A DNA stretch of 64,000 nucleotides from Eutreptiella sp. 'Long Island Sound 2002' (taxonomy: Eukaryota; Protista; Euglenida): assembly GCA_964036045.1 (NCBI GenBank), contig OZ038378.1:180668001-180732000 (forward strand). The letters are read 5' to 3'. The stretch's first letter is position 1. Each line of letters opens with the position of its first letter. Below the pieces are notes generated by a model. The model was not told where the DNA came from and searched no databases. It saw nothing but the letters and a program-made list of their open reading frames with translations. Made by a program: the position numbers and the translations under genes. Below, in pieces: positions 11,160 to 24,411 of the stretch.

Positions 11160-12330
11160 GTGCAAGAGTCCGGCATGCTCACACAAACACCTACACCCAC
11201 ACCCACAGGATCGGACTCTTTCGCACGGATTCGGACGTGTACACCAAGGCCAACCCCTACACCCAGTCCCACCACAACGCCCACTTTCACCCCCACACTG
11301 CTGTTGCTGTGGCTGTGCACAGTGAACGAGCCCGACTCCGTGGGTATAGATGTATATGTGGGGCTCGGTGGACGGCGTCAGAGACAAAATGGGTGTCAAT
11401 GTCGGTGTACACGTCGGCGTTAATATGGCGTTAATGTGCGTGTTGGTGTCGACCCAGTTTCACACCAACACCGACACCGACACCCACATTGACGGTGACG
11501 TACGTATACACCTGCGATAACACCCACTCTGCGCACGACGCCGTCCCTTACACTCAAGCCCACATCCACTCTCACACCCACCGATTCGGACTCCTTCACT
11601 CGCAATCGGACATGGACAGCAACAGCAAATCCAACGCCCAGTCCAACGACAACACCCAGGTTCACACCAACACCCACACCTACACCCACCTCAACGCCAA
11701 CAAGCACAGGTTCAGGTCCGTTGACAACGACCGGAACACCGACCACAAAGGCCACAGCAACACGCACGAAGACACACTCTTTCAGTGCGACGCCGACTCC
11801 CACATCAACGCCGACACCCTCGCCCACAGGCGCGGGCACGCAGGTAGCAACAGGGAGTCCCTCATGCACTCCAACCACAACCACTCACCCCAACCTTCAC
11901 AACCACTCCAACGACCATCCCCACGAGCCCTTCCTCACACAGACACCCACACTGACGCCTTCAAGCACGCCTTCCGGCACAAACACATCCACTTCAGCGC
12001 TCACTTGCATCTCCACCTTCAACACCTCTCTCTCAGTTACTCTGACGAACTCGCTTTCTGGCTCCATCACACTAACTTGCAGCCCCACTCCAACACCCGG
12101 CCCAACGCGAACACAGACACCCACATTCACCCGCATCCACACCGACGGTCACACTCACACCCACACCTACAGCCACACCAACAGCCATGCCTACAACGAG
12201 CCCCACTCTTGCGCTCACACCCACACCCACACCCACAGCCTCAGGCACGCGTTCCCAAACATCCACATCCACACCAGCGCCAAGCTCCACCTCAACAATC
12301 ACCATCACAAATACGGCAAGGGGCACCGGC
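11160..12330 (+). pseudogene. Thr/Pro/Ser-rich mucin-like (TPTPT) coding region with frameshifts and stops
   Basis: Non-periodic ACN/CCN codon usage gives TPTLRTTPSLTLKPTSTLTPTDSDSFTRNRTWT...; the Thr-rich frame switches between reading frames several times. Confidence 0.6.
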
Positions 12331-14590
12331 ACATCATTTCATGGTTCATGCACATGGCCGCGGTACACAACCAGCAAAACAGTACCTCACACTGCTGCAT
12401 TGAGGGCAAAAGAGGTGCAATTGACCATACGACAAACCGTAACCATTCAATCTTAGCACTATCGTTGTGGAAAGCGCTGCCGTGATGGCTGTGCCGGATA
12501 GGAACAAAATTGTTGCTGTTTTTGTGCAAGTCCGACGGCACACCGTCTCACCCGTCCGACGAGTTCAACACAAAGACAAGCCAGGTTTCAGCCTCGATGT
12601 CACTGGCTATAGTGACCGTGGTGCATCGCCACATGTGACAGGGGCGCGGCCACGGCTGCCGGCAAAACCAGCCGTCGCATCCGCTTCCTTTGCATGCGGA
12701 CCTTCTCTGTGCGTGCCAATGGCCCAAGCCAACAGGGCCCGCTGGGGCACCATACGACAAAGGGCAGGAACGTGCCCACTGCAGGGCCCCAAGGAGGCCG
12801 CTTGCGCAAAACACGGGACACGATTTGGCCACAAGGACCCAACACCAGCGAAGATTGCTCCGCTTTAGCTTTAGAGATACTGTGGGTGTTGTGGAGGAGC
12901 TATGAGGAGTTGCTCAAGGAGGCGTGCAAAGCAGTCCTCGTTTAGAGAGGGGCGGGGGCCAGAGCCCCCCAACCACCCACCCGCCAAAGGCAGATCCACC
13001 CGCCCAGGGCAGATCACAGGAAACACAACCTCATCACCGTAAATTGGCCTTCTGCGCTTCAGGCTGGCGTCAATGTGTGCTACCGGCTCCCTTTGTGCTC
13101 TGACTAGGGTTCTTCAGTGGGCCCATCCCGCACTGCGCGCGTAATGTCTCCGTGAGAAAGAAAGGAAGGTGTTGGTCAAGAAAGGGATTAAGGCGTGCAC
13201 TAAGGCGTAGGAATCCTACCAATCAGGGTCTCAGCAGCCGTTCGTCAACACGTTGCACTGCACGCGCACTGTGTGGGCGGAATTCCTCTTTGACACAAAA
13301 AATGGCGCTGGGACAAGCAAACTTCCGAGGGGATTCGAATCAGCAACCCCTTGTGGGGACCGCCCAGCCCCCCCCCCCCCCCCTGCTGCAGGAGAATTGG
13401 CAGCAGTGCGCACGTGCAAGAGCGCACGCACGCACGCTGAATCATCGTAGCGGGGCCCTGTACAACGGTGTAGACCTGGTCCCCATGCGCTCGCCCCAAT
13501 TCAAGGGAACCGTGCTCTGAGTCAAGCCACGGGCAGGTGTGGCGGTGAAAAGACGACTCCCCAGAAATACATTCCGCTGACGCTTGGTGACACTTGTTGA
13601 CACTTCTACGAATGGTAGCGACACTTAGCGAAGGTGTTGAACCTGCTTTGTACACTGACCAGCGAGACGAAACGAGTGGCAACTTAACAGGAAGGGGGCA
13701 GTGGGCACCAGGAACACTAGGCGGTGACCACAGGAATGGAGAGCCAATAGCATGGCTGCGTACTTGCACAGCAGCATACAACTACCCACAGACGAGGGTG
13801 AAATACAGGCCCTCCTTGCCGTTGTGGGTCCAGCGCATTCCAAAACACCTCTGTTCCCACCTTAGTGAGGGTTGTAGGCCTAACTACCCTGCACAGCTGG
13901 TTACGGAGGGGCTTGGAACTTGAACAGCAAATTGTGAGTATCCTTCAACAGGTGCTCCACATTCTAGCTCAAAGGTGTGACGGATGGAACACTATCACCG
14001 TGCGACATTCAATGCTGAGTGTGTGTCGCACATCCACCAATTTTTTTTTATGGCGGTGCTTTCCACCGCCGCGGATGTACACACAAGCCGCGGTACCACG
14101 GCAGAAGCGCCACATTCTTCCAAGAGAACGCCGACGAGCATCGCGTTTTTTTTCCAACCAAAACTCACCAGCGTCATGTTGTGCCCCTGTGAGCCCTCAC
14201 TCAGCCCTCACTCATGGCCACGCCGTCAGGTTGGCTCAGAAGGCACAATGCGGAAATGCAAGAGGGCACGTGTGCACTTCTTGCGAGCACCGTGCATTCA
14301 GGACCAGAAGTGGCGAGCACTGTGCATCCGGAATGGCAGCTGCGCGCTGTGCCTCGATGTGGGGAGTCGTGAGCACTGTGCACTGGAAGGGGGAGGTCTG
14401 TGAGCACTGTGCATGGGGAGAGGGCATGGGGCCGACAGCACGAAGGGAGTGGAAACTGCGAGCGCTGTCCGTAGGGAAGGGGCAAGGCTCCGCTTGGAGG
14501 GGAGGGAGTGGCCTGAGTATCACAGCCCAAGGGGGCGGCCCGTGGTCAAATGCTCCCAAAAGTAGAGAAGATATCATGTGGTTTGGTGCG

Positions 14591-15312
14591 CTGTGGTGTA
14601 GTGTGCTGTGGTATGGTGTGGTGTAGTGTGCTGTGGTACGGTGTGGTGTAGTGTGCTGTGGTATGGTGTGGTGTGGTGTGGTGTGGTGTGGTGTGGTGTG
14701 GTGTGGTGTGGTGTGGTGTGGTGTGGTGTGGTGTGGTGTGGTGTGGTGTGGTGTGGTGTGGTGTGGTGTGGTGTGGTGTGCTGTGGTATGGTGTGGTGTG
14801 GTGTGGTGTGGTGTGGTGTGCTGTGCTGTGGTGTGGTGTGGTGTGGTGTGGTGTGGTGTGGTGTGGTGTGGTGTGGTGTGGTGTGGTGTGGTGTGGTGTG
14901 GTGTGGTGTGGTGTGGTGTGGTGTGGTGTGGTGTGGTGTGGTGTGGTGTGGTGTGGTGTGGTGTGGTGTGGTGTGGTGTGGTGTGGTGTGGTGTGGTGTG
15001 GTGTGGTGTGGTGTGGTGTGGTGTGGTGTGGTGTGGTGTGGTGTGGTGTGGTGTGGTGTGGTGTGGTGTGGTGTGGTGTGGTGTGGTGTGGTGTGGTGTG
15101 GTGTGGTGTGGTGTGGTGTGGTGTGGTGTGGTGTGGTGTGGTGTGGTGTGGTGTGGTGTGGTGTGGTGTGGTGTGGTGTGGTGTGGTGTGGTGTGGTGTG
15201 GTGTGGTGTGGTGTGGTGTGGTGTGGTGTGGTGTGGTGTGGTGTGGTGTGGTGTGGTGTGGTGTGGTGTGGTGTGGTGTGGTGTGGTGTGGTATGGTGTG
15301 GTGTGGTGTGGT
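14591..15312. repeat. (GGTGT)n pentanucleotide array, ~144 units
   Basis: Directly visible. Degenerate at the left edge (gtagt/gtgct/gtat variants), near-perfect from ~14830. Confidence 0.98.
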
Positions 15313-15708
15313 GAGGTTTGGCAATGTGTGGTATCGTGTTGTGTGTGTGTTTCCAAGGTGGACCTGCACTTGTGTGGCATGTGTGTTGCACTATTATGTG
15401 TGGTGCAGTTTGTGCAGGTGGCAAACCTTTGGGCATAACTCTGGTGCAGATTAATCAGTGACATGATGCGATCTAATACAATGTTCTGCAGCGGCCGGAT
15501 GCAAAGGATCGGGCCAACGCAGTAAGGGTCTGCACAAACGGAGCACTGGAAGCGTCTATGCAGCTGCCAAGTCATGTGGAGGGCTCGTGAAGGCCGAAGA
15601 GGTCGATCAATGCGGTGATCCGCCCCCTCAACTCCCTGGTACTTGGACAGTGCATCCATAAAGGGGCTATGGGCGCAGCCCCATCGACAACCTGCAGCCC
15701 GACGCCGC

Positions 15709-15859
15709 CTAGAACCCGAGCTGCGGGTCTGTGTGCGGGTCCTGGCGCAGGTTTGCAGGCCCGCCGTACACCCGCATGCAGGACGCATACCGATGCCACG
15801 TGTCAATGTCGATGTGGTGCACGACCAGCCAATCGTTCTGGCAAAACTTTTTCCGCCAC
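15709..15859 (-). CDS. GT31 glycosyltransferase, last exon
   Basis: Acceptor gtggtcag|G TGG (phase 2, matches the upstream donor AC|gtatgg). Encodes WRKKFCQNDWLVVHHIDIDTW...-stop, with the GT31 C-terminal C-x-x-x-x-L-V-x-H motif. Confidence 0.7.
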
Positions 15860-16467
15860 CTGACCACACGATACCACATGATCGATCTTGCGTCCATATC
15901 AGTGGGTGAGTGAGTGGATGTGCAAGCGATCGAGTGAATGGCTGAGGGATTGATTGAGTGAGTGGCGGAATGAATGCCTCTCTCTCCTCACATCATGACA
16001 GAGTGTCGGCTGTAAGGGCCCTCTTGGTTCACATTGTGGGGTCTGTGTCTTGTCTGCAATGCCATCGCATCTTGGGAACGGGACGGGGGGGGGGGGGGGT
16101 TGGGTTGAGCGGAGTCCAAGCAGATGCATGACGGGGGTGGGGGGGGGGGGGGGATTCCGCTCACAACGACCCGGCAGGCGATCGTTTGCGGATGCCTTGA
16201 ATACCCCATGGCACGTCAGAGTTCAGATAAGGATTCACGCCGTCTGTGTCAATGGCCCAGACGCCTCAATCCCGAAGCCGAACCAGGCGTGGCAGGGGTA
16301 TTGGGAACCCCGCGAAGAGGGGGAGCGGTAGGCCCCCATCGGAGCGGCATTCCACTACGCCCCAAGCGCTCTTGTCCACCATCAACGGCCCACCGACCGC
16401 GCTGTTGGCATCGCCAGACGGTTAAGGGACATGTTCGCCCGAAGGGCGGAATCCCAGCCATTGGTGA

Positions 16468-16922
16468 GGTAAAGCCCCCCCCCCCCCCATAATTAGTACC
16501 CTAGGGTACTAATTTCGGCAGACTGCTCAATAAGGCCGGGGGGGTACTAATTTTGGGGGTGGGAACTAATTTTGGGTGCCTGCGATGTTGTAAACCCTGT
16601 GTGCCTGCGATGTTGTCTGTTGAGTCTTTCTGTTGGCTGCATGGAACATTCAGATTCTGAATCTGATTTTGAGCTGCAGGCGGTAGACCCAGGACTTGCT
16701 GATTTGTCTGATGAACTTTCTGAGACATCTTCGGAGGAGGAAAACAAGTGACATTTGCAGCTCTGAGAAGTGTGCTCCGGATTTCTTCATGTTCCGTTTG
16801 CTTGGGAGGCTCAAGGGGGGTACTAATTTTGGCAGACTGCTCAATAGGGCCAGGGGGGTACTAAATATGGGGGGGGTACTAAATATGGGGGGGTACTAAA
16901 TATGGGGGGGGGGGGGTTTACC
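16468..16922. mobile_element. MITE with ~35-bp TIRs GGTAAA-C(n)-ATA(A/T)TTAGTACCC
   Basis: Left end ggtaaagccc...cataattagtaccc is the reverse complement of the right end gggtactaaatatggg...gggtttacc. Subterminal ggggtactaa(a/t) units are repeated. Confidence 0.75.
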
Positions 16923-17754
16923 TTGTTTACAGCAGTCTTCACACCATGATGCCACCTGCCAGGGTCCTGCCAAATGGCAATTGCAAACCACAGGGGGAGA
17001 GGGGGGGGAGGGCGGATAATTTGAGGACCGAGGCACGGAATCACCACCCCCCCCCCATTTCCCCACCTTTCCCCCATTTGTGGGGAATAGGGGAATGGGA
17101 AAGGGGTACTTTAGCCCCCCGTCTTGTGTATACTCAAAATGCTCCGAAACAAACAGGGAATACCAAAAATGTCCCCCCAAACCCGAAACACAAATTTGAA
17201 CCCCCCTCATGTGTTAGAAGTGAGGGCGGGGGGGTGGGGGGTTCTGGAACCCAAAAAGTCCGTGTCCCGAAAAATGGCACAAATCAATATCTCCTTTTGT
17301 AAAATTTCATCTTGTCCCAATATGAAATCTGGGTCCGGGGCGGGGGGGACTTCCTTCGATGGTATGTCTAATACATCCTTGCCCTTGGGTGTGGGTTGGG
17401 GGGGGGGGGGGGGAGGCTCTGGCCCGACACGGAACCCGCCCCCCGTGGCGGTTGCTGATTGGTTTTTTTTTGGCGGGGGGGGAGGGGGGCAGGGGGCACG
17501 CAGAGGGTGACCTTTTTTCTTGGGGGTGACACGGCCGCGCTCTCATGAGCCTTTTGCAGTGCAGCAGATGGATTGGAACACCGGAAAGTCCCATGTCCAG
17601 CGCGCAGCCCACCTGCACTAAGTCGGGTGAAGTGGGTGGGGGGGGGGGGGCCGCAAACCCAGGACATGTGCTATGGCCTGGCTCAGCCTCCCCGGACTGC
17701 AGTGTGCCAGTGCCCCACGCTGCAGAGCGGGTGCGTCGCGACCCAACACCATAC

Positions 17755-17849
17755 GTTTTGGGGTCGGTCCACGCGAAATCTATGTAGCGGTCGTTGATCG
17801 GGATGCGCGTGATGTTCCAGCCGATGAGCCACGTGGCCAGTGTTGTATC
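17755..17849 (-). CDS. GT31 glycosyltransferase exon (DTTLATWLIGWNI...)
   Basis: Acceptor ttcctgcag|GAT (phase 0) completes the WPVE|DTT (xEDx) motif; donor AC|gtatgg (phase 2). Confidence 0.8.
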
Positions 17850-17934
17850 CTGCAGGAACAACGTGGGATGCCGTGCTGCGAGGAAAATGCAGTCACACGG
17901 CAGTGGCGAAGAACACCATGCCAAACAGAAGAGC

Positions 17935-18105
17935 CACACCACCACCACCACGACGATGACAACAACGACGATGACAACAACAACAACAACAACAGCGTCG
18001 GCAACAGCAGCAGCAGCAACAGCAGCAACTACCAGGACAACGATGACAACAAAGGCAGCAGCACAGCAGGAGCAGCAACAGCAGCAACGATGACAACCAC
18101 GATCA
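17935..18105. repeat. Mosaic trinucleotide tract (ACC/AAC/AGC/GAC)n
   Basis: Directly visible; produces spurious poly-H/N/T/Q ORFs. Confidence 0.9.
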
Positions 18106-18746
18106 AAATTTACAACACAGTCAAACACTGCAGGGCATCAACGTTCTGTGGGATCACAAAACAGCAGCACAGAATCACGTGACCGACATGAGCCCCCTCT
18201 GCTGCGGCTTGGTGCTGGAGCAAGACGTAGACCCCTGTGAATGGTGCTGCAGCGTCAGGTAGCATCTGATGCTCTCACTGTCCGCTGCGCACGGAGGTGC
18301 TTATTCCCCCTCCTCTCGCTGCCTCAACCCCTGCTCTCGTCTGAGTACCACCACCGCTGTGTGAGGGTCGGTGTGAGCAGCTACTTTACCCGGTGGACAA
18401 TGGGGGTCCCAAAGCGGTGCAGGTTTGATCTGCTCCGCACCACACACCCATCCTGGCAGTCACGCCCGGGCTTTTGCCCTTGCCCGGGGCTGCGCACTGC
18501 CCCACGTCCGCATGGCGTTCCAACCCAGTCACACACCGTTCAAACCCAGCAGCTATACACCGCTTGGCCGCCAGAAATCAGTGGTACTGTGTCGGGGCGT
18601 GCACCGGCTCCGCATGACACCTACTCACCCGCCACCTCCCTCCTACTGTACCCAGGGATTGTACTCGGAACTTTGCGGCGTTGTTGACGGACTTACGGTG
18701 GGACGGCCATGCTCACTGCTTTGGTAGCCAATCGTGGGCTCTTTAA

Positions 18747-19397
18747 CATACGGGGGGGGGGGGATTTTCGTGTGGGGACTATTTCGCAGCGGGAACTTTC
18801 GCAGCGGAAAATTTTGCGGAGGTCACTGAAAAAAGCGCGGGAAATTTCGCGGACCATCTCCAGTGTAATTCAGTGCATGGCTTGGCGGACCCAAAAACGC
18901 ATGGTTTATTTTGCCAATTGCCAAAATGCAGTCGAGCCGCCCCAGAGACACCCTCCAGCCGGGGGAGCAGTCAGAACTTTAAGGCCGACCCAAACAGGGA
19001 CCACTCGGGGCCAGAACCACTGCCAACGCCACCAAGACCGCCTTTGATCCTGGAAGCGGGGGAAAAACAGTGCCCATGAAAACGCATATATCGAAACTTC
19101 GCACGGTGCGCGCACAGTGCGTGCAACTTCCTCCATACCACAACTGAAATTAGAGGACGGAACAAACAGACTGACTGCCAACAACAGCGCAACAATACCT
19201 GGCTACCGCTGCCACTGAGGATGCACAAAGAGCACAAAGGCTGAAGGCGCCAAAGAAAAATTTGTGGTACCTAGAACAAGCGTGGGAAATTTCGCGGAGA
19301 CCCCCAGAATCTGTGTGGTAAGTTTTGCGGTCAATTTGAAACACGAAATTTCCCACGCGAAATAAACCCCCCACAAAAAGCCCCCCCCCCCAGTATG
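18747..19397. mobile_element. MITE with CATAC-G(n) termini flanked by TTAA (piggyBac-type target)
   Basis: TTAA(18743-46)|catac G12 ... C11 agtatg|TTAA(19398-401). Subterminal tttcgc(a/g) motifs repeated at both ends. No ORF. Confidence 0.7.
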
Positions 19398-19931
19398 TTA
19401 AGCACATGGACTGGGCCTCGGCAAGGAGAGGGGTCGTTGAACAAACAGTGAGGCGCAATTTCTGAAAAACGAAAAGAAAGCCGCCCTGCAGCTCGGGGCT
19501 CTCAACGCCATCGGGGGTTACTAAAACTCAGGTGTTGATGGGTGGGTTCCCAGCGCTTGCCCCAGCCCGTGCCCCAGCCCCCGCCTCACCCCGGCCCTGG
19601 CCCCCTGTGTGTGGCGCCAATGGACAAAAGCTGCTTGGGTCCTGTGTTACACGTGCTGTTGACCCCACTGCGCACCGTCGCGGCATCACTGCCCCCGTCT
19701 CCTCCCCTGCACACACCTGCAGACATATGCCTGCGACCGGGGGGTTCACTGCGGGGAGGAGCACGAGGAGCTGAGACTCTCGCGAATTAGGCCCAGCAGG
19801 TCCCGAGGCCGTGTTCCGTTGTCTACAACTCAGAGCAGTGGCTGGGAACTGTTGTGATCAAGGATGAGGGGAGGGGCGGCGGGGGGGGGGGGGTCAAGGG
19901 ACAATGCAAGAAGACAGACGCAGACGCGTAC

Positions 19932-20104
19932 CTCCACAGGCCAAAGTTGCAGAGGAATAGTCACAGAGAGGCGCCCCAAGGCCCTGACAATGTCACTGGT
20001 CGCCAAGTAGCCGCCCCCCATGAAGTACCGCGGGTAGGTCTTCATGCCGGTGTCGTTGTAGAACGCCGTGTTGTCCCAAACACCTCCGTCGGTGAGCACG
20101 TCGC
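19932..20104 (-). CDS. GT31 glycosyltransferase exon (YPRYFMGGGY)
   Basis: Acceptor gccccag|GC (phase 1); donor GAG|gtacgc (phase 0). YPRYFMGGGYLATSDIVRAL matches the GT31 YPxYxxGGGY motif. Confidence 0.85.
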
Positions 20105-23100
20105 CTGGGGCGTGTGACATGCAAAGGGCACCGCATGGCAGGAGACCCAGACCCCAACACCCCTTAAACATTTGGCGGGTAAAGGGGGGTGGGGTGCAGG
20201 GCTCGGGGGGGGGGGGGGGGGGGAGCCGGGCTGGGGTCCCGGGTACCCATACCTCAAAATGATGCCCTCTTCGCACTGATCATTTTGAACACACATTTGT
20301 GGGGCTTTATTAGAAAAAAATTTACCCCCTGGGGGGTCCGGTCCCAGCAGCCAGGTTTGGGGGGCTTGGTTTGGGGGGGGGACGGGGGGGGAGGTCAGGG
20401 ATGAGAAATTTTTTTTCATGTTTTGCATACATATTTGGATTCTCCATGGAGCACTGAGCATTTTGAGTATCCACACATGGGGTAAAAACGAAATTTTACC
20501 CCCCACCATATGCTTACAAAAATTTCCGGCGCCTTTGGCCAAATATCTGGACCAAATGTGATCCGGGTCTACTAAACCTTTTGGGGGGGGGGGGGGGGTG
20601 TTGGGGTTAAGGGCTGCAGCTGGGCGCCCCCCATGGGGCACCAGTAGCACGTGGTAAGCACGGACCAACACAAACCATGGGTCCGAACAAACACAACTAT
20701 AAACCGCTGGAGCGGTCCTTTGCAGGCTGGGGCTGAGCAGACACAAAAACATCCAAATGGGCGGTCCAGAGGGGGGGCCATTGGGGAGTGGGCGGAAGGG
20801 GTACGGGCCCGCATGGGGGGAGAGTCATGTGTTTGCCCATTGAAACATCTCTTTCAGCAACATGACTAACATTTGGGGGCTGCAATGGCGATAAGCCCCG
20901 CCGTGGCACAGTCTCCAATGCGGGAGCCGTACTGGGTCCACAAAGAGTAGAGGAGCACACCTGGAGTTGCCGGAAGGTGGAGGGGGTGGGGGGGGGGGGG
21001 GGGGGCGGGTTCAGGCCGAGGAGGCAGCCCGTACATCGGGTCGTGACCTGGTTTAGGGTGTTTGGCTGTGTCCATTCCACTGCTTCCCTGCCCTTCGTAA
21101 GGGTGCACAGCTCACAATTCTGTGCTTCCATCGCACTGGCTCCAAGGTGTTGGGTAGGCAGGTCTGCTCCTGGGGTTTAGCACGGAATCAACTCAACTCC
21201 CTGTCCCATTCACACACCAAAGCATGCGGCACACAGCCCAGAAGACCGAGGCCCGTGCCTCGGGTGCCTTGCACTTGGCTTTTCCTGTTCCCTCCACCTT
21301 TAGGGCAGTCTGAAGGGGTGGCTGTCGTAGTAGTTGTGGTGGTGGTAGCGCACACGCTGAAGGAACGTTGGCGCGCCGCGCACATTCCTAGCAAAGTTCC
21401 AACGGTCACCGTCCCACCTCCAACCATTTAAGGGCATGCGCCTGTATGGGATTTTCTGACTTGGCCTAGCGCAATGTGATTTGGCCATCTATTTTAGTGC
21501 CCAACAGAGCAAGCAATGATTCCACGAGAGATTAATATTGTCGTTATACTCCCTCGCCACCACCTCGTCTGCTCATGCATGAATAACTTCTGCTTTTGCA
21601 ATTGTGAAAAGGGCACCCCAAGCTCGGTATGACGGGGGTAAAACATTCGGATAGATGGCTGGAACATTGGTTTGGATGCCAGGCACGAGCCAGGCGCGTG
21701 GCAGGCAAAACTTTCCTAACTAGCGCACAGCGACAACACAACGTGTCCGGGACACATGCACCCACCGGTATCCATATCCCCGCCCTGCCACCATGCGCGA
21801 CCACCATGACATGTACTTTATCTACCCCCCCCCCCCCCTACTTGCGAGAGCAACACTTAAAACCCAAAATTTGACGGAGACAAGGGCGTTGCTCTCGCAG
21901 GGAAGTGGGGGGGGGGGGGTCCTTTGGCCAGACCCGCTTGGCAAAATTTGAGGCAGCAGTAATGAAAACTTGCAGTGGACAGATTTGCCCGTGAATGGGG
22001 ACAAGAAAAAAGCAATGCCTGAAATGACTCCGAATCAGGCAACCAAAATTTTGTATGTCTATCTGGCAATGATACACCCTCCGCCCCCCGCCCCCCCCTG
22101 CGCCCACTGCCCAGCCGGCTTTGAAAGGGGCTAGAGAACCAACACCGCATATTTAGGGGGCGAGGAGTTCAAAAAAACATGTCTTAGAGGCATTTTGGAG
22201 GGTTGTGGTTGGGTATCAGGCCCCACCAATACCTAGGAACAGTTAAAAATAGGATCTGAAATGAAATTACTGCTGGTAGGATCCTAACCAAAGTACTAAA
22301 AATGGCCATTTTTGCCCAAAAAAAAAGGTCCACATAACCCCATCCCTCACCCTTCATCAGTCCTATGGTCTACAAACCCATGCTAGGCACGGGGGGACGT
22401 CTTCTCGCTTCTGTACGCGACCCCCCCCCCCAAGTAGAAGTGGGCTGAAGGCCCCTTGGGGGGGGGGGGGGGCTGGGGGGGCTTTTGGGGGGGAAGACTA
22501 GCCACCGAGGAGGGCTTCTCCGGGGGAATGGCTAGTCGCTAAGGGGGGGAGGGGGGGGAGAGGGTTAGAAGAGGTCTAGTCCAGTGTGGCAGAGACGCGG
22601 TGGCCTAAGGGGTTACTCTACAACAACGGAGGCCTCCACTCTACCTCCTCATCAATGCAATGGTGGTTGTAGGCACCCACACCCCTTGCCTGGGGAGGGC
22701 CGTATATATATGCTATTCTCTCCGACACGGCCCGTCACACCAGAGAGCAGCTGGGTGCTTGGCAGGTTGCCCAAGCCTACAAGGCACCCGATTGGTTTTT
22801 TTTTCCTTTGCTGCACACACAAATACTGCTCTATGGGAATAGGTTTTTTTTCCTTCGCCGTACACACAAAAATTGCTCTATAGTAATAGTTTTTTTTCCC
22901 TTCACCGTATACACAAATAAAGCTCGTTCCGTCCCTTTTCGGGGGCGGAAATGCTACCTAACCCCTGCATTCTCGGGGGTGCCCAGCAAAGGGGACAAAA
23001 TTTACGGGCGCCTTCGGTGCCACCCTATGTATGGCTCGTAGCCATTGACCTTTGGTAACTAAGTGGGCCCGGAGGGCAGGGCCATACGCAGGTCACAAAG

Positions 23101-23949
23101 CGCTCCACACATGCACGTCCCGGTATGCATATGCAGCAATGGTCGGCAGTTCTTCCATCATTGGCCTGAGCCACATCTCTGCTATGCTACAAGCACATTC
23201 AGAGTTCAGAAACATTGCTCTGTTACATTCTTTGCTCGGTGTTTGTCTTCTGACCGCTGGACCGTGTTTTGTCGACCACAGTGCGGTCTAAATAGTACAG
23301 TACAAAAAGGCGCACCCCTGAATTCTATATGGTGTAGCCTTGCTTAGAGCTGATCCCAGTTGATCAAGCTACTCCGGGTGTGTGGCGTCCGGGGCGGAGG
23401 GCTAATCGGAGTCATAGGTCATGGAGACAAGGGAAGATTGACTGTTGGACGGCAGGGGGGGGGGGGGGGTCACGTACCCGAACTGAGGAGACATCCCCCC
23501 GTGATGATAGGGGTAGGGTACACTATCTTTGTCAGTTCTTATCCCCACTTCCCCTATTGTTGGTGCTCTACTTACGATCCTACTAGCAGGGATGTGATAG
23601 CCTATTTTTGGCCTTCCTACCCCTTCACCGGCCTCAATAGCCAGCCCCATCCATCCAAATACCTTCCAAAACATGTCTTTTTGAGTTGTTCACCCTCAAA
23701 AAACATGGGAGGGGGTCCCTACTTGCCCCCCAAAAGCGCACCCAATCACATGGGTTGGGGGGGGGTTATAATTAATGCCCATCTATCAATAGGAGGGTGC
23801 GTTGAGGCACAGAAAGGCAAAATGACAAACAGGAGAATCATCGCACAACAGCATCCTGGGGACATGCAGAGAAGGCGCAGGAAGGAAGCCAAAACACTAG
23901 GCGAAGCCCCTCTGAATAAGATGTTTCTGCTGCTCCTATAAATACACAC

Positions 23950-24088
23950 CGTACATCTTCTCATCGCCAGCCATGGTCCACGACGCGGGATTACTGTGCA
24001 CAAATGATATCATGTTTGGGATTTGAATGAAAGAATCGTCGTCCGTCTTCAAGAAATACCCATAGGATGCGCACTGCCTCGACAGCCA
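23950..24088 (-). CDS. GT31 glycosyltransferase exon with the DxD motif
   Basis: Acceptor cctgctgcacag|TGG; donor TAC G|gtgtgt. Encodes WLSRQCASYGYFLKTDDDSFI, with the KTDDD hallmark. Confidence 0.85.
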
Positions 24089-24379
24089 CTGTGCAGCAGG
24101 ATACAGAACGGCAGCACAACTAATTTTGGTCCACAGAGTTACGAAAAGGCAGTGAAAGACAATTTCAGATGCCCAGAGTTTGAAGCCCAATTATGTGGAG
24201 TGGTTGGTATGTGCAATGTGTGTGGGTGTGCGTGCGCGCGTGTGTGAGTGTGAGTGTGTGTGTGCGCGCGCGCGTGTGTGTGAGTGTGTGGCACCCAAGT
24301 ATTTTCCACCAAATCATAGCGTTCGCTAACACACAACACATCTACAGCTCTGTCTGCACTGCAGCAATGTCTAACCTCG

Positions 24380-24411
<32 letters not shown>

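Noticed and set aside
14236-15869. Long ORFs encoding PHHTT / VVWCG repeats
   Set aside because: Translations of the (GGTGT)n microsatellite, open in most frames because the repeat has no stops.
24294-24345. Kelch-like peptide VSERYDLVENTW with flanking AG/GT
   Set aside because: Only one isolated motif. It could be a missing GT31 mini-exon or chance; neither can be supported.
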